NCBI GenBank assembly: GCA_030390025.1
Contig: CM059431.1
Coordinates: forward strand, 138,448,001 to 138,512,000
Origin: Squalus acanthias
Taxonomy: Eukaryota
Direction: 5' to 3'
Length of the DNA stretch: 64,000 nt
Shown here: positions 47,801 through 62,800 of the stretch, one piece after another
Layout: the number at the start of each line of letters is the position of its first letter
Numbering within the stretch: the first letter of the stretch is position 1
The notes under the pieces: model-generated
The model's input: only the letters and a program-made list of their open reading frames with translations
Told to the model about the DNA's origin: nothing
The model's database searches: none
Position numbers and translations under genes: made by a program

Positions 47801-50800
47801 GACTGACCGAGACCTCCTCCAGAGACTGACCGAGACCTCCTCCAGAGGAGACTGACCGAGACCTCCTCCAGAGGAGACTGACCGAGACCTCCTCCAGAGA
47901 CTGACCGAGACCTCCTCCAGAGGGGACTGACCGAGACCTCCTCCAGAGACTGACCGAGACCTCCTCCAGAGACTGACCGAGACCTCCTCCAGAGGAGACT
48001 GACCGAGACCTCCCAGAGACTGACCGAGACCTCCTCCAGAGGAGACTGACCGAGACCTCCTCCAGAGACTGACCGAGACCTCCTCCAGAGACTGACCGAG
48101 ACCTCCTCCAGAGACTGACCGAGACCTCCTCCAGAGGAGACTGACCGAGACCTCCTCCAGAGGAGACTGACCGAGACCTCCTCCAGAGGGGACTGACCGA
48201 GACCTCCTCCAGAGACTGACCGAGACCTCCTCCAGAGGAGACTGACCGAGACCTCCTCCAGAGGGACTGACCGAGACCTCCTCCAGAGACTGACCGAGAC
48301 CTCCTCCAGAGACTGACCGAGACCTCCTCCAGAGGAGACTGACCGAGACCTCCTCCAGAGACTGACCGAGACCTCCTCCAGAGGGACTGACCGAGACCTC
48401 CTCCAGAGACTGACCGAGACCTCCTCCAGAGGGACTGACCGAGACCTCCTCCAGAGGGGACTGACCGAGACCTCCTCCAGAGGGGACTGACCGAGACCTC
48501 CTCCAGAGGGGACTGACCGAGACCTCCTCCAGAGGAGACTGACCGAGACCTCCTCCAGAGGAGACTGACCGAGACCTCCTCCAGAGGAGACTGACCGAGA
48601 CCTCCTCCAGAGGAGACTGACCGAGACCTCCTCCAGAGGAGACTGACCGAGACCTCCTCCAGAGGAGACTGACCGAGACCTCCTCCAGAGACTGACCGAG
48701 ACCTCCTCCAGAGACTGACCGAGACCTCCTCCAGAGGGGACTGACCGAGACCTCCTCCAGAGGAGACTGACCGAGACCTCCTCCAGAGGAGACTGACCGA
48801 GACCTCCTCCAGAGGAGACTGACCGAGACCTCCTCCAGAGGGGACTGACCGAGACCTCCTCCAGAGGAGACTGACCGAGACCTCCTCCAGAGGAGACTGA
48901 CCGAGACCTCCTCCAGAGACTGACCGAGACCTCCTCCAGAGGGACTGACCGAGACCTCCTCCAGAGGAGACTGACCGAGACCTCCTCCAGAGGAGACTGA
49001 CCGAGACCTCCTCCAGAGACTGACCGAGACCTCCTCCAGAGACTGACCGAGACCTCCTCCAGAGGAGACTGACCGAGACCTCCTCCAGAGACTGACCGAG
49101 ACCTCCTCCAGAGACTGACCGAGACCTCCTCCAGAGACTGACCGAGACCTCCTCCAGAGGAGACTGACCGAGACCTCCTCCAGAGACTGACCGAGACCTC
49201 CTCCAGAGGACTGACCGAGACCTCCTCCAGAGACTGACCGAGACCTCCTCCAGAGGGGACTGACCGAGACCTCCTCCAGAGACTGACCGAGACCTCCTCC
49301 AGAGACTGACCGAGACCTCCTCCAGAGGAGACTGACCGAGACCTCCTCCAGAGACTGACCGAGACCTCCTCCAGAGGAGACTGACCGAGACCTCCTCCAG
49401 AGGAGACTGACCGAGACCTCCTCCAGAGACTGACCGAGACCTCCTCCAGAGGAGACTGACCGAGACCTCCTCCAGAGACTGACCGAGACCTCCTCCAGAG
49501 ACTGACCGAGACCTCCTCCAGAGGGGACTGACCGAGACCTCCTCCAGAGGAGACTGACCGAGACCTCCTCCAGAGGGACTGACCGAGACCTCCTCCAGAG
49601 ACTGACCGAGACCTCCTCCAGAGACTGACCGAGACCTCCTCCAGAGACTGACCGAGACCTCCTCCAGAGGAGACTGACCGAGACCTCCTCCAGAGACTGA
49701 CCGAGACCTCCTCCAGAGACTGACCGAGACCTCCTCCAGAGGAGACTGACCGAGACCTCCTCCAGAGACTGACCGAGACCTCCTCCAGAGAGACTGACCG
49801 AGACCTCCTCCAGAGGAGACTGACCGAGACCTCCTCCAGAGGAGACTGACCGAGACCTCCTCCAGAGGAGACTGACCGAGACCTCCTCCAGAGACTGACC
49901 GAGACCTCCTCCAGAGACTGACCGAGACCTCCTCCAGAGGGACTGACCGAGACCTCCTCCAGAGGAACTGACCGAGACCTCCTCCAGAGGAGACTGACCG
50001 AGACCTCCTCCAGAGACTGACCGAGACCTCCTCCAGAGACTGACCGAGACCTCCTCCAGAGGAGACTGACCGAGACCTCCTCCAGAGACTGACCGAGACC
50101 TCCTCCAGAGGAGACTGACCGAGACCTCCTCCAGAGGAGACTGACCGAGACCTCCTCCAGAGGAGACTGACCGAGACCTCCTCCAGAGACTGACCGAGAC
50201 CTCCTCCAGAGACTGACCGAGACCTCCTCCAGAGGAGACTGACCGAGACCTCCTCCAGAGACTGACCGAGACCTCCTCCAGAGACTGACCGAGACCTCCT
50301 CCAGAGAGACTGACCGAGACCTCCTCCAGAGACTGACCGAGACCTCCTCCAGAGACTGACCGAGACCTCCTCCAGAGGAGACTGACCGAGACCTCCTCCA
50401 GAGGGGACTGACCGAGACCTCCTCCAGAGGGGACTGACCGAGACCTCCTCCAGAGACTGACCGAGACCTCCTCCAGAGACTGACCGAGACCTCCTCCAGA
50501 GGAGACTGACCGAGACCTCCTCCAGAGGAGACTGACCGAGACCTCCTCCAGAGACTGACCGAGACCTCCTCCAGAGACTGACCGAGACCTCCTCCAGAGG
50601 AGACTGACCGAGACCTCCTCCAGAGACTGACCGAGACCTCCTCCAGAGACTGACCGAGACCTCCTCCAGAGGGACTGACCGAGACCTCCTCCAGAGGAGA
50701 CTGACCGAGACCTCCTCCAGAGGAGACTGACCGAGACCTCCTCCAGAGGGGACTGACCGAGACCTCCTCCAGAGGAGACTGACCGAGACCTCCTCCAGAG

Positions 50801-53800
50801 GAGACTGACCGAGACCTCCTCCAGAGACTGACCGAGACCTCCTCCAGAGGGACTGACCGAGACCTCCTCCAGAGGAGACTGACCGAGACCTCCTCCAGAG
50901 GAGACTGACCGAGACCTCCTCCAGAGACTGACCGAGACCTCCTCCAGAGACTGACCGAGACCTCCTCCAGAGACTGACCGAGACCTCCTCCAGAGGAGAC
51001 TGACCGAGACCTCCTCCAGAGACTGACCGAGACCTCCTCCAGAGACTGACCGAGACCTCCTCCAGAGACTGACCGAGACCTCCTCCAGAGGAGACTGACC
51101 GAGACCTCCTCCAGAGACTGACCGAGACCTCCTCCAGAGGAGACTGACCGAGACCTCCTCCAGAGGGGACTGACCGAGACCTCCTCCAGAGGGACTGACC
51201 GAGACCTCCTCCAGAGACTGACCGAGACCTCCTCCAGAGACTGACCGAGACCTCCTCCAGAGGAGACTGACCGAGACCTCCTCCAGAGGAGACTGACCGA
51301 GACCTCCTCCAGAGACTGACCGAGACCTCCTCCAGAGGGGACTGACCGAGACCTCCTCCAGAGACTGACCGAGACCTCCTCCAGAGACTGACCGAGACCT
51401 CCTCCAGAGGAGACTGACCGAGACCTCCTCCAGAGACTGACCGAGACCTCCTCCAGAGGAGACTGACCGAGACCTCCTCCAGAGGAGACTGACCGAGACC
51501 TCCTCCAGAGGAGACTGACCGAGACCTCCTCCAGAGACTGACCGAGACCTCCTCCAGAGACTGACCGAGACCTCCTCCAGAGACTGACCGAGACCTCCTC
51601 CAGAGGAGACTGACCGAGACCTCCTCCAGAGGAGGCTGACCGAGACCTCCTCCAGAGACTGACCGAGACCTCCTCCAGAGACTGACCGAGACCTCCTCCA
51701 GAGGAGACTGACCGAGACCTCCTCCAGAGACTGACCGAGACCTCCTCCAGAGGAGACTGACCGAGACCTCCTCCAGAGGAGACTGACCGAGACCTCCTCC
51801 AGAGGAGACTGACCGAGACCTCCTCCAGAGACTGACCGAGACCTCCTCCAGAGACTGACCGAGACCTCCTCCAGAGGAGACTGACCGAGACCTCCTCCAG
51901 AGACTGACCGAGACCTCCTCCAGAGACTGACCGAGACCTCCTCCAGAGGAGACTGACCGAGACCTCCTCCAGAGGAGACTGACCGAGACCTCCTCCAGAG
52001 ACTGACCGAGACCTCCTCCAGAGGAGACTGACCGAGACCTCCTCCAGAGGGGACTGACCGAGACCTCCTCCAGAGGGACTGACCGAGACCTCCTCCAGAG
52101 ACTGACCGAGACCTCCTCCAGAGACTGACCGAGACCTCCTCCAGAGGAGACTGACCGAGACCTCCTCCAGAGGAGACTGACCGAGACCTCCTCCAGAGAC
52201 TGACCGAGACCTCCTCCAGAGACTGACCGAGACCTCCTCCAGAGGGGACTGACCGAGACCTCCTCCAGAGACTGACCGAGACCTCCTCCAGAGGAGACTG
52301 ACCGAGACCTCCTCCAGAGGAGACTGACCGAGACCTCCTCCAGAGGAGACTGACCGAGACCTCCTCCAGAGGAGACTGACCGAGACCTCCTCCAGAGACT
52401 GACCGAGACCTCCTCCAGAGACTGACCGAGACCTCCTCCAGAGGGGACTGACCGAGACCTCCTCCAGAGGAGACTGACCGAGACCTCCTCCAGAGGAGAC
52501 TGACCGAGACCTCCTCCAGAGGAGACTGACCGAGACCTCCTCCAGAGGAGGCTGACCGAGACCTCCTCCAGAGGGGACTGACCGAGACAACCTCCAGAGA
52601 CTGACCGAGACCTCCTCCAGAGGAGACTGACCGAGACCTCCTCCAGAGACTGACCGAGACCTCCTCCAGAGGAGACTGACCGAGACCTCCTCCAGAGGAG
52701 ACTGACCGAGACCTCCTCCAGGAGACTGACCGAGACCTCCTCCAGAGACTGACCGAGACCTCCTCCAGAGACTGACCGAGACCTCCTCCAGAGGAGACTG
52801 ACCGAGACCTCCTCCAGAGACTGACCGAGACCTCCTCCAGAGGAGACTGACCGAGACCTCCTCCAGAGGAGACTGACCGAGACCTCCTCCAGAGACTGAC
52901 CGAGACCTCCTCCAGAGGAGACTGACCGAGACCTCCTCCAGAGGGGACTGACCGAGACCTCCTCCAGAGGGGACTGACCGAGACCTCCTCCAGAGACTGA
53001 CCGAGACCTCCTCCAGAGACTGACCGAGACCTCCTCCAGAGGAGACTGACCGAGACCTCCTCCAGAGGAGACTGACCGAGACCTCCTCCAGAGACTGACC
53101 GAGACCTCCTCCAGAGACTGACCGAGACCTCCTCCAGAGGGACTGACCGAGACCTCCTCCAGAGGAGACTGACCGAGACCTCCTCCAGAGGAGACTGACC
53201 GAGACCTCCTCCAGAGGGGACTGACCGAGACCTCCTCCAGAGACTGACCGAGACCTCCTCCAGAGGAGACTGACCGAGACCTCCTCCAGAGACTGACCGA
53301 GACCTCCTCCAGAGGGGACTGACCGAGACCTCCTCCAGAGGAGACTGACCGAGACCTCCTCCAGAGGAGACTGACCGAGACCTCCTCCAGAGACTGACCG
53401 AGACCTCCTCCAGAGGAGACTGACCGAGACCTCCTCCAGAGGAGACTGACCGAGACCTCCTCCAGAGACTGACCGAGACCTCCTCCAGAGACTGACCGAG
53501 ACCTCCTCCAGAGACTGACCGAGACCTCCTCCAGAGGAGACTGACCGAGACCTCCTCCAGAGGAGACTGACCGAGACCTCCTCCAGAGACTGACCGAGAC
53601 CTCCTCCAGAGGAGACTGACCGAGACCTCCTCCAGAGGGGACTGACCGAGACCTCCTCCAGAGGGGACTGACCGAGACCTCCTCCAGAGACTGACCGAGA
53701 CCTCCTCCAGAGACTGACCGAGACCTCCTCCAGAGGAGACTGACCGAGACCTCCTCCAGAGGAGACTGACCGAGACCTCCTCCAGAGACTGACCGAGACC

Positions 53801-56800
53801 TCCTCCAGAGACTGACCGAGACCTCCTCCAGAGGAGACTGACCGAGACCTCCTCCAGAGGAGACTGACCGAGACCTCCTCCAGAGGAGACTGACCGAGAC
53901 CTCCTCCAGAGGGACTGACCGAGACCTCCTCCAGAGGAGACTGACCGAGACCTCCTCCAGAGGAGACTGACCGAGACCTCCTCCAGAGACTGACCGAGAC
54001 CTCCTCCAGAGGGGACTGACCGAGACCTCCTCCAGAGGAGACTGACCGAGACCTCCTCCAGAGGAGACTGACCGAGACCTCCTCCAGAGACTGACCGAGA
54101 CCTCCTCCAGAGACTGACCGAGACCTCCTCCAGAGACTGACCGAGACCTCCTCCAGAGGAGACTGACCGAGACCTCCTCCAGAGACTGACCGAGACCTCC
54201 TCCAGAGACTGACCGAGACCTCCTCCAGAGACTGACCGAGACCTCCTCCAGAGGAGACTGACCGAGACCTCCTCCAGAGACTGACCGAGACCTCCTCCAG
54301 AGGAGACTGACCGAGACCTCCTCCAGAGGGGACTGACCGAGACCTCCCTCCAGAGGGACTGACCGAGACCTCCTCCAGAGACTGACCGAGACCTCTCTCC
54401 AGAGGGAGACTGACCGAGACCTCTCCAGAGGAGACTGACCGAGACCTCCTCCAGAGGAGACTGACCGAGACCTCCTCCAGAGGAACTGACCGAGACCTCC
54501 TCCAGAGGAGACTGACCGAGACCTCCTCCAGAGAGACTGACCGAGACCTCCTCCAGAGAGACTGACCGAGACCTCCCCAGAGGAGGACTGACCGAGACCT
54601 CCTCCAGAGGAGACTGACCGAGACCTCCTCCAGAGACTGACCGAGACCTTCTCCAGAGGAGACTGACCGAGACCTCCTCCAGAGGGACTGACCGAGACCT
54701 CCTCCAGAGACTGTCCGAGACCTTCTCCAGAGACTGACCGAGACCTCCTCCAGAGGAGACTGACCGAGAACCTACTCCAGAGGGACTGACCGAGACCTCC
54801 TCCAGAGGGGACGGACCGAGACTCCTCAGAGTCTGACAGAGACCTCCTTCAGATACCTGACGAGACCGTCCTCCAGAGACTGACCGAGACCTCCTCCAGA
54901 GACTGACCGAGACCTCCTCCAGAGGAGACTGACCGAGACCTCCTCCAGAGGAGACTGACCGAGACCTCCTCCAGAGGAGACTGACCGAGACCTCCTCCAG
55001 AGACTGACCGAGACCTCCTCCAGAGACTGACCGAGACCTCCTCCAGAGGAACTGACCGAGACCTCCTCCAGAGACTGACCGAGACCTCCTCCAGAGACTG
55101 ACCGAGACCTCCTCCAGAGGACTGACCGAGACCTCCTCCAGAGGAGACTGACCGAGACCTCCTCCAGAGACTGACCGAGACCTCCTCCAGAGGAGACTGA
55201 CCGAGACCTCCTCCAGAGGGGACTGACCGAGACCTCCTCCAGAGGGACTGACCGAGACCTCCTCCAGAGACTGACCGAGACCTCCTCCAGAGACTGACCG
55301 AGACCTCCTCCAGAGAGACTGACCGAGACCTCCTCCAGAGGAGACTGACCGAGACCTCCTCCAGAGACTGACCGAGACCTCCTCCAGAGACTGACCGAGA
55401 CCTCCTCCAGAGGGGACTGACCGAGACCTCCTCCAGAGACTGACCGAGACCTCCTCCAGAGGAGACTGACCGAGACCTCCTCCAGAGGAGACTGACCGAG
55501 ACCTCCTCCAGAGGACTGACCGAGACCTCCTCCAGAGGAGACTGACCGAGACCTCCTCCAGAGACTGACCGAGACCTCCTCCAGAGACTGACCGAGACCT
55601 CCTCCCTCCAGAGGGACTGACCGAGACCTCCTCCAGAGGAGACTGACCGAGACCTCCTCCAGAGGAGGACTGACCGAGACCTCCTCCAGAGAGACTGACC
55701 GAGACCTCCTCCAGAGAGACTGACCGAGACCTCCTCCAGGGACTGACCGAGACCTCCTCCAGAGACTGACCGAGACCTCCTCCAGAGGAGACTGACCGAG
55801 ACCTCCTCCAGAGACTGACCGAGACCTCCTCCAGAGGAGACTGACCGAGACCTCCTCCAGAGAGACTGACCGAGACCTCCTCCAGGAGACTGACCGAGAC
55901 CTCCTCCAGAGACTGACCGAGACCTCCTCCAGAGACTGACCGAGACCTCCTCCAGAGGAGACTGACCGAGACCTCCTCCAGAGGTGACCGAGAGACCTCC
56001 TCCAGAGGAGACTGACCGAGACCTCCTCCAGAGGACTGACCGAGACCTCCTCCAGAGACTGACCGAGACCTCTCCAGAGGAGACTGACCGAGACCTCCTC
56101 CAGAGGGGACTGACCGAGACCTCCTCCAGAGGGGACTGACCGAGACCTCCTCCAGAGACTGACCGAGACCTCCTCCAGAGACTGACCGAGACCTCCTCCA
56201 GAGGAGACTGACCGAGACCTCCTCCAGAGAGACTGACCGAGACCTCCTCCAGAGACTGACCGAGACCTCCTCCAGAGACTGACCGAGACCTCCTCCAGAG
56301 GGAGACTGACCGAGACCTCCTCCAAGGAGACTGACCGAGACCTCCTCCAGAGGAGACTGACCGAGACCTCCTCCAGAGGGGACTGACCGAGACCTCCTCC
56401 AGAGGGACTGACCGAGACCTCCTCCAGAGGGACTGACTGAGACCTCCTCCAGAGACTGGACCGAAGACCTCCTCCAGAGACTGACCGAGACCTCCTCCAG
56501 AGGAGACTGACCGAGACCTCCTCCAGAGGGACTGAACCGAGACCTCCTCCAGAGGACTGTCCGAGAACCTCCTCCAGAGACTGACCGAGACCTCCTCAGA
56601 GGAGACTGACCGAGACCTCCTCCAGAGGAGCTGACCGAGACCTTCCTCCAGAGAGACTGACCGAGACCTCCTCCAGAGACTGACCGAGACCTCCTCCAGA
56701 GTATACTGACCGAGACCTCCTCCAGAGACATGACCGAGACCTCCTCCAGAGGAGACTGACCGAGAACCTTCCTCCAGAGGAGACTGACCGAGACCTTCCT

Positions 56801-59800
56801 CCAGAGGAGACTGACCGAGACCTCCTCCAGAGGAGAGCTGACCGAGACTCTCCTCCAGAGGACTGACCGAGACCTCCTCCAGAGGAGACTGACCGAGACT
56901 CCCCAGAGACTGACCGAGACCTCCTCCGAGACTGACCGAGAACCTCCTCCAGAGGGACTGACCGAGACCTCCTCAGAGGAGACTGACCGAGACCTCCTCC
57001 AGAGAGACTGACCCGAGACCTCCTCCAGAGGACTGACCGAGACCTCCTCCAGAGGAGGACTGACCGAGACCTCCTCCAGAGGTGACTGACCGAGACCTCC
57101 TCCAGAGGGACTGACCGAGACCTCCTCCAGAGGAGACTGACCGAGACCTCCTCCAGAGACACTGACCGAGACCCTCCAGAGGAGNNNNNNNNNNNNNNNN
57201 NNNNNNNNNNNNNNNNNNNNNNNNNNNNNNNNNNNNNNNNNNNNNNNNNNNNNNNNNNNNNNNNNNNNNNNNNNNNNNNNNNNNNNNNNNNNNNNNNNNN
57301 NNNNNNNNNNNNNNNNNNNNNNNNNNNNNNNNNNNNNNNNNNNNNNNNNNNNNNNNNNNNNNNNNNNNNNNNNNNNNNNNNNNNNNNNNNNNNNNNNNNN
57401 NNNNNNNNNNNNNNNNNNNNNNNNNNNNNNNNNNNNNNNNNNNNNNNNNNNNNNNNNNNNNNNGACTGACCGAGACCTCCTCCAGAGGAGACTGACCGAG
57501 ACCTCCTCCAGAGGGACTGACCGAGACTCCTCCAGAGACTGACCGAGACCTCCTCAGAGGACTGACCGAGACCTCCTCCAGAGAGGAGACTGACCGAGAC
57601 TCCTCCAGAGACTGACCGAGACCTCCTCCAGAGGAGACTGACCGAGACCTCCTCCAGAGGAGACTGACCGAGACCTCCTCCAGAGGAGACTGACCGAGAC
57701 CTCCTCCAGAGGAGACTGACCGAGACCTCCTCCAGAGACTGACCGAGACCTCCTCCAGAGGGACTGACCGAGACCTCCTCCAGAGGGACTGACCGAGACC
57801 TCCTCCAGAGGGGACTGACCGAGACCTCCTCCAGAGGGACTGACCGAGACCTCCTCCAGAGGAGACTGACCGAGACCTCCTCCAGAGGAGACTGACCGAG
57901 ACCTCCTCCAGAGGGGACTGACCGAGACCTCCTCCAGAGGGACTGACCGAGACCACCTCCAGAGGAGACTGACCGAGACCTCCTCCAGAGGGGACTGACC
58001 GAGACCTCCTCCAGAGGAGACTGACCGAGACCTCCTCCAGAGAGACTGACCGAGACCTCCTCCAGAGGGGACTGACCGAGACCTCCTCCAGAGGGGACTG
58101 ACCGAGACTCCTCCAGAGGAGACTGACCGAGACCTCCTCCAGAGACTGACCGAGACCTCCTCCAGAGGACTGACCGAGACCTCCTCCAGAGGGACTGACC
58201 GAGACCTCCTCCAGAGGGGACTGACCGAGACCTCCTCCAGAGACTGACCGAAACCTCCTCCAGAGACTGACCGAGACCTCCTCCAGAGGAGACTGACCGA
58301 GACCTCCTCCAGAGGAGACTGACCGAGACCTCCTCCAGAGAGCTGACCGAGACCTCCTCCAGAGGGACTGACCGAGACCTCCTCAGAGACTGACCGAGAC
58401 CTCCTCCAGAGACTGACCGAGACCTCCTCCAGAGGAGACTGACCGAGACCTCCTCCAGAGACTGACCGAGACCTCCTCCAGAGGAGACTGACCGAGACCT
58501 CCTCCAGAGGAGACTGACCGAGACCTCCTCCAGAGGAGACTGACCGAGACCTCCTCCAGAGGAGACTGACCGAGACCTCCTCCAGAGACTGACCGAGACC
58601 TCCTCCAGAGACTGACCGAGACCTCCTCCAGAGGGGACTGACCGAGACCTCCTCCAGAGGGACTGACCGAGACCTCCTCCAGAGGGGACTGACCGAGACC
58701 TCCTCCAGAGACTGACCGAGACCTCCTCCAGAGACTGACCGAGACCTCCTCCAGAGGAACTGACCGAGACCTCCTCCAGAGACTGACCGAGACCTCCTCC
58801 AGAGGGCACTGACCGAGACCTCCTCCAGAGGACTGACCGAGACCTCCTCCAGAGGACTGACCGAGACCTCCTCCAGAGGAGACTGACCGAGACCTCCTCC
58901 AGAGGGACTGACCGAGACCTCCTCCAGAGACTGACCGAGACCTCCTCCAGAGAGACTGACCGAGACCTCCTCCAGAGAGACTGACCGAGACCTCCTCCAG
59001 AGGAGACTGACCGAGACCTCCTCCAGAGGAGACTGACCGAGACCTCCTCCAGAGACTGACCGAGACCTCCTCCAGAGGACTGACCGAGACCTCCTCCAGA
59101 GGAGACTGACCGAGACCTCCTCCAGAGGAGACTGACCGAGACCTCCTCCAGAGACTGACCGAGACCTCCTCCAGAGGGACTGACCGAGACCTCCTCCAGA
59201 GGACTGACCGAGACCTCCTCCAGAGGAGACTGACCGAGACCTCCTCCAGAGACTGACCGAGACCTCCTCCAGAGGAGACTGACCGAGACCTCCTCCAGAG
59301 GAGACTGACCGAGACCTCCTCCAGAGGGGACTGACCGAGACCTCCTCCAGAGACTGACCGAGACCTCCTCCAGAGACTGACCGAGACCTCCTCCAGAGAC
59401 TGACCGAGACCTCCTCCAGAGGAGACTGACCGAGACCTCCTCCAGAGACTGACCGAGACCTCCTCCAGAGGAGACTGACCGAGACCTCCTCCAGAGAGAC
59501 TGACCGAGACCTCCTCCAGAGAGCTGACCGAGACCTCCTCCAGAGACTGACCGAGACCTCCTCCAGAGACTGACCGAGACCTCCTCCAGAGACTGACCGA
59601 GACCTCCTCCAGAGGAGACTGACCGAGACCTCCTCCAGAGGAGACTGACCGAGACCTCCTCCAGAGGAGACTGACCGAGACCTCCTCCAGAGACTGACCG
59701 AGACCTCCTCCAGAGACTGACCGAGACCTCCTCCAGAGGGACTGACCGAGACCTCCTCCAGAGACTGACCGAGACCTCCTCCAGAGGACTGACCGAGACC

Positions 59801-62800
59801 TCCTCCAGAGGGGACTGACCGAGACCTCCTCCAGAGGAGACTGACCGAGACCTCCTCAGAGGAGACTGACCGAGACCTCCTCCAGAGGGACTGACCGAGA
59901 CCTCCTCCAGAGGGACTGACCGAGACCTCCTCCAGAGGAGACTGACCGAGACCTCCTCCAGAGGAGACTGACCGAGACCTCCTCCAGAGGAGACTGACCG
60001 AGACCTCCTCCAGAGGAGACTGACCGAGACCTCCTCCAGAGACTGACCGAGACCTCCTCCAGAGGAGACTGACCGAGACCTCCTCCAGAGGAGACTGACC
60101 GAGACCTCCTCCAGAGGAGACTGACCGAGACCTCCTCCAGAGACTGACCGAGACCTCCTCCAGAGGGACTGACCGAGACCTCCTCCAGAGGAGACTGACC
60201 GAGACCTCCTCCAGAGGGACTGACCGAGACCTCCTCCAGAGGGACTGACGAGACCTCCTCCAGAGGGAGCTGACCGAGACCTCCTCCAGGAGACTGACCG
60301 AGACCTCCTCCAGAGGGGACTGACCGAGACCTCCTCCAGAGACTGACCGAGACCTCCTCCAGAGACTGACCGAGACCTCCTCCAGAGGAGACTGACCGAG
60401 ACCTCCTTCAGAGGGGACTGACCGAGACCTCCTTCAGAGGGGACTGACCGAGACCTCCTTCAGAGACTGACCGAGACCTCCTTCAGAGACTGACCGAGAC
60501 GTCCTCCAGAGACTGACCGATACCTCCTCCAGAGACTGACCGATACCTCCTCCAGAGACTGACCGATACCTCCTCCAGAGACTGACCGAGACCTCCTCCA
60601 GAGACTGACCGAGACCTCCTCCAGAGACTGACCGATACCTCCTCCAGAGACTGACCGATACCTCCTCCAGAGGAGACTGACCGAGACCTCCTCCAGAGGA
60701 GACTGACCGAGACCTCCTCCAGAGGAGACTGACCGAGACCTCCTCCAGAGGAGACTGACCGAGACCTCCTCCAGAGGAGACTGACCGAGACCTCCTCCAG
60801 AGGAGACTGACCGAGACCTCCTCCAGAGACTGACCGAGACCTCCTCCAGAGACTGACCGAGACCTCATCCAGAGACTGACCGAGACCTCCTCCAGAGGAG
60901 ACTGACCGAGACCTCCTCCAGAGGAGACTGACCGAGACCTCCTCCAGAGGAGACTGACCGAGACCTCCTCCAGAGGAGACTGACCGAGACCTCCTGCAGA
61001 GGAGACTGACCGAGACCTCCTCCAGAGGAGACTGACCGAGACCTCCTCCAGAGGAGACTGACCGAGACCTCCTCCAGAGGAGACTGACCGAGACCTCCTC
61101 CAGAGGAGACTGACCGAGACCTCCTCAGAGGACTGACCGAGACCTCCTCCAGAGGAGACTGACCGAGACCTCCTCCAGAGGAGACTGACCGAGACCTCCT
61201 CCAGAGGAGACTGACCGAGACCTCCTCCAGAGGAGACTGACCGAGACCTCCTCCAGAGGAGACTGACCGAGACCTCCTCCAGAGGAGACTGACCGAGACC
61301 TCCTCCAGAGGAGACTGACCGAGACCTCCTCCAGAGGAGACTGACCGAGACCTCCTCCAGAGGAGACTGACCGAGACCTCCTCCAGAGGAGACTGACCGA
61401 GACCTCCTCCAGAGGAGACTGACCGAGACCTCCTCCAGAGGAGACTGACCGAGACCTCCTCCAGAAACTGACCGAGACCTCCTGCAGAGGGGACTGACCG
61501 AGACCTCCTCCAGAGACTTACCCAGACCTCCTCCAGAGGAGACTGACTGAGACCTCCTCCAGAGGGGACTGACCGAGACCTCCTCCAGAGACTGACCGAG
61601 ACCTCCTCCAGAGACTGACCCAGACATCCTCCAGAGACTGACCCAGACATCCACCAGAGGAGACTGACCGAGACCTCCTCCAGAGGAGACTGACCGAGAC
61701 CTCCTCCAGAGACTGACCGAGACCTCCTCCAGAGGGAACTGACCGAGACCTCCTCCAGAGACTGACCGAGACCTCCCCCAGAGGGCACTGACCGAGACCT
61801 CCTGCAGAGGGGACTGACCGAGACCTCCTGCAGAGGAGACTGACTGAGACCTCCTCCAGAGGGGACTGACCGAGATCTCCTCCAGAGGAGACTGACCGAG
61901 ACCTCCTCCAGAGGAGACTGACTGAGACCTCCTCCAGAGGAGACTGACCGAGACCTCCTCCAGAGGAGACTGACCGAGACCTGCTCCAGAGACTGACCGA
62001 GATCTCCTGCAGAGACTGACCGATACCTCCTCCAGAGACGGACCGATACCTCCTCCAGAGGAGACTGACCGAGACAACCTCCAGAGACTGACCAAAACCT
62101 CCATCAGAGGAGACTGACCAAGACCTCCTCCAGAGGAGACTGACCGAGACCTCCTCCAGAGGAGACTGACCGAGACCTTCTCCAGAGACTGACCGAGACC
62201 TCCTCCAGAGACTTTCCGAGACCTCCTCCAGAGGGGACTGACCGAGACCTCCTCCAGAAGAGACTGACCGAGACCTCCTCCAGAGGGGACTGACCGAGAC
62301 CTCCTCCAGAGGGGACTGACCGAGACCTCCTCCAGAGGGACTGACCGAGACCTCCTCCAGAGGAGACTGACCGAGACCTCCTCCAGAGACTGACCGAGAC
62401 CTCCTCCAGAGGAGCTGACCGAGACCTCCTCCAGAGGAGACTGACCGAGACCTCCTCCAGAGGGGACTGACCGAGACCTCCTCCAGAGACTGACCGAGAC
62501 CTCCTCCAGAGACTGACCGAGACCTCCTCCAGAGGAGACTGACCGAGACCTCCTCCAGAGGGACTGACCGAGACCTCCTCAGAGACTGACCGAGACCTCC
62601 TCCAGAGACTGACCGAGACCTCCTCCAGAGGAGACTGACCGAGACCTCCTCCAGAGACTGACCGAGACCTCCTCCAGAGGAGACTGACCGAGACCTCCTC
62701 CAGAGGAGACTGACCGAGACCTCCTCCAGAGGAGACTGACCGAGACCTCCTCCAGAGGAGACTGACCGAGATCTCCTCCAGAGACTGACCGAGACCTCCT

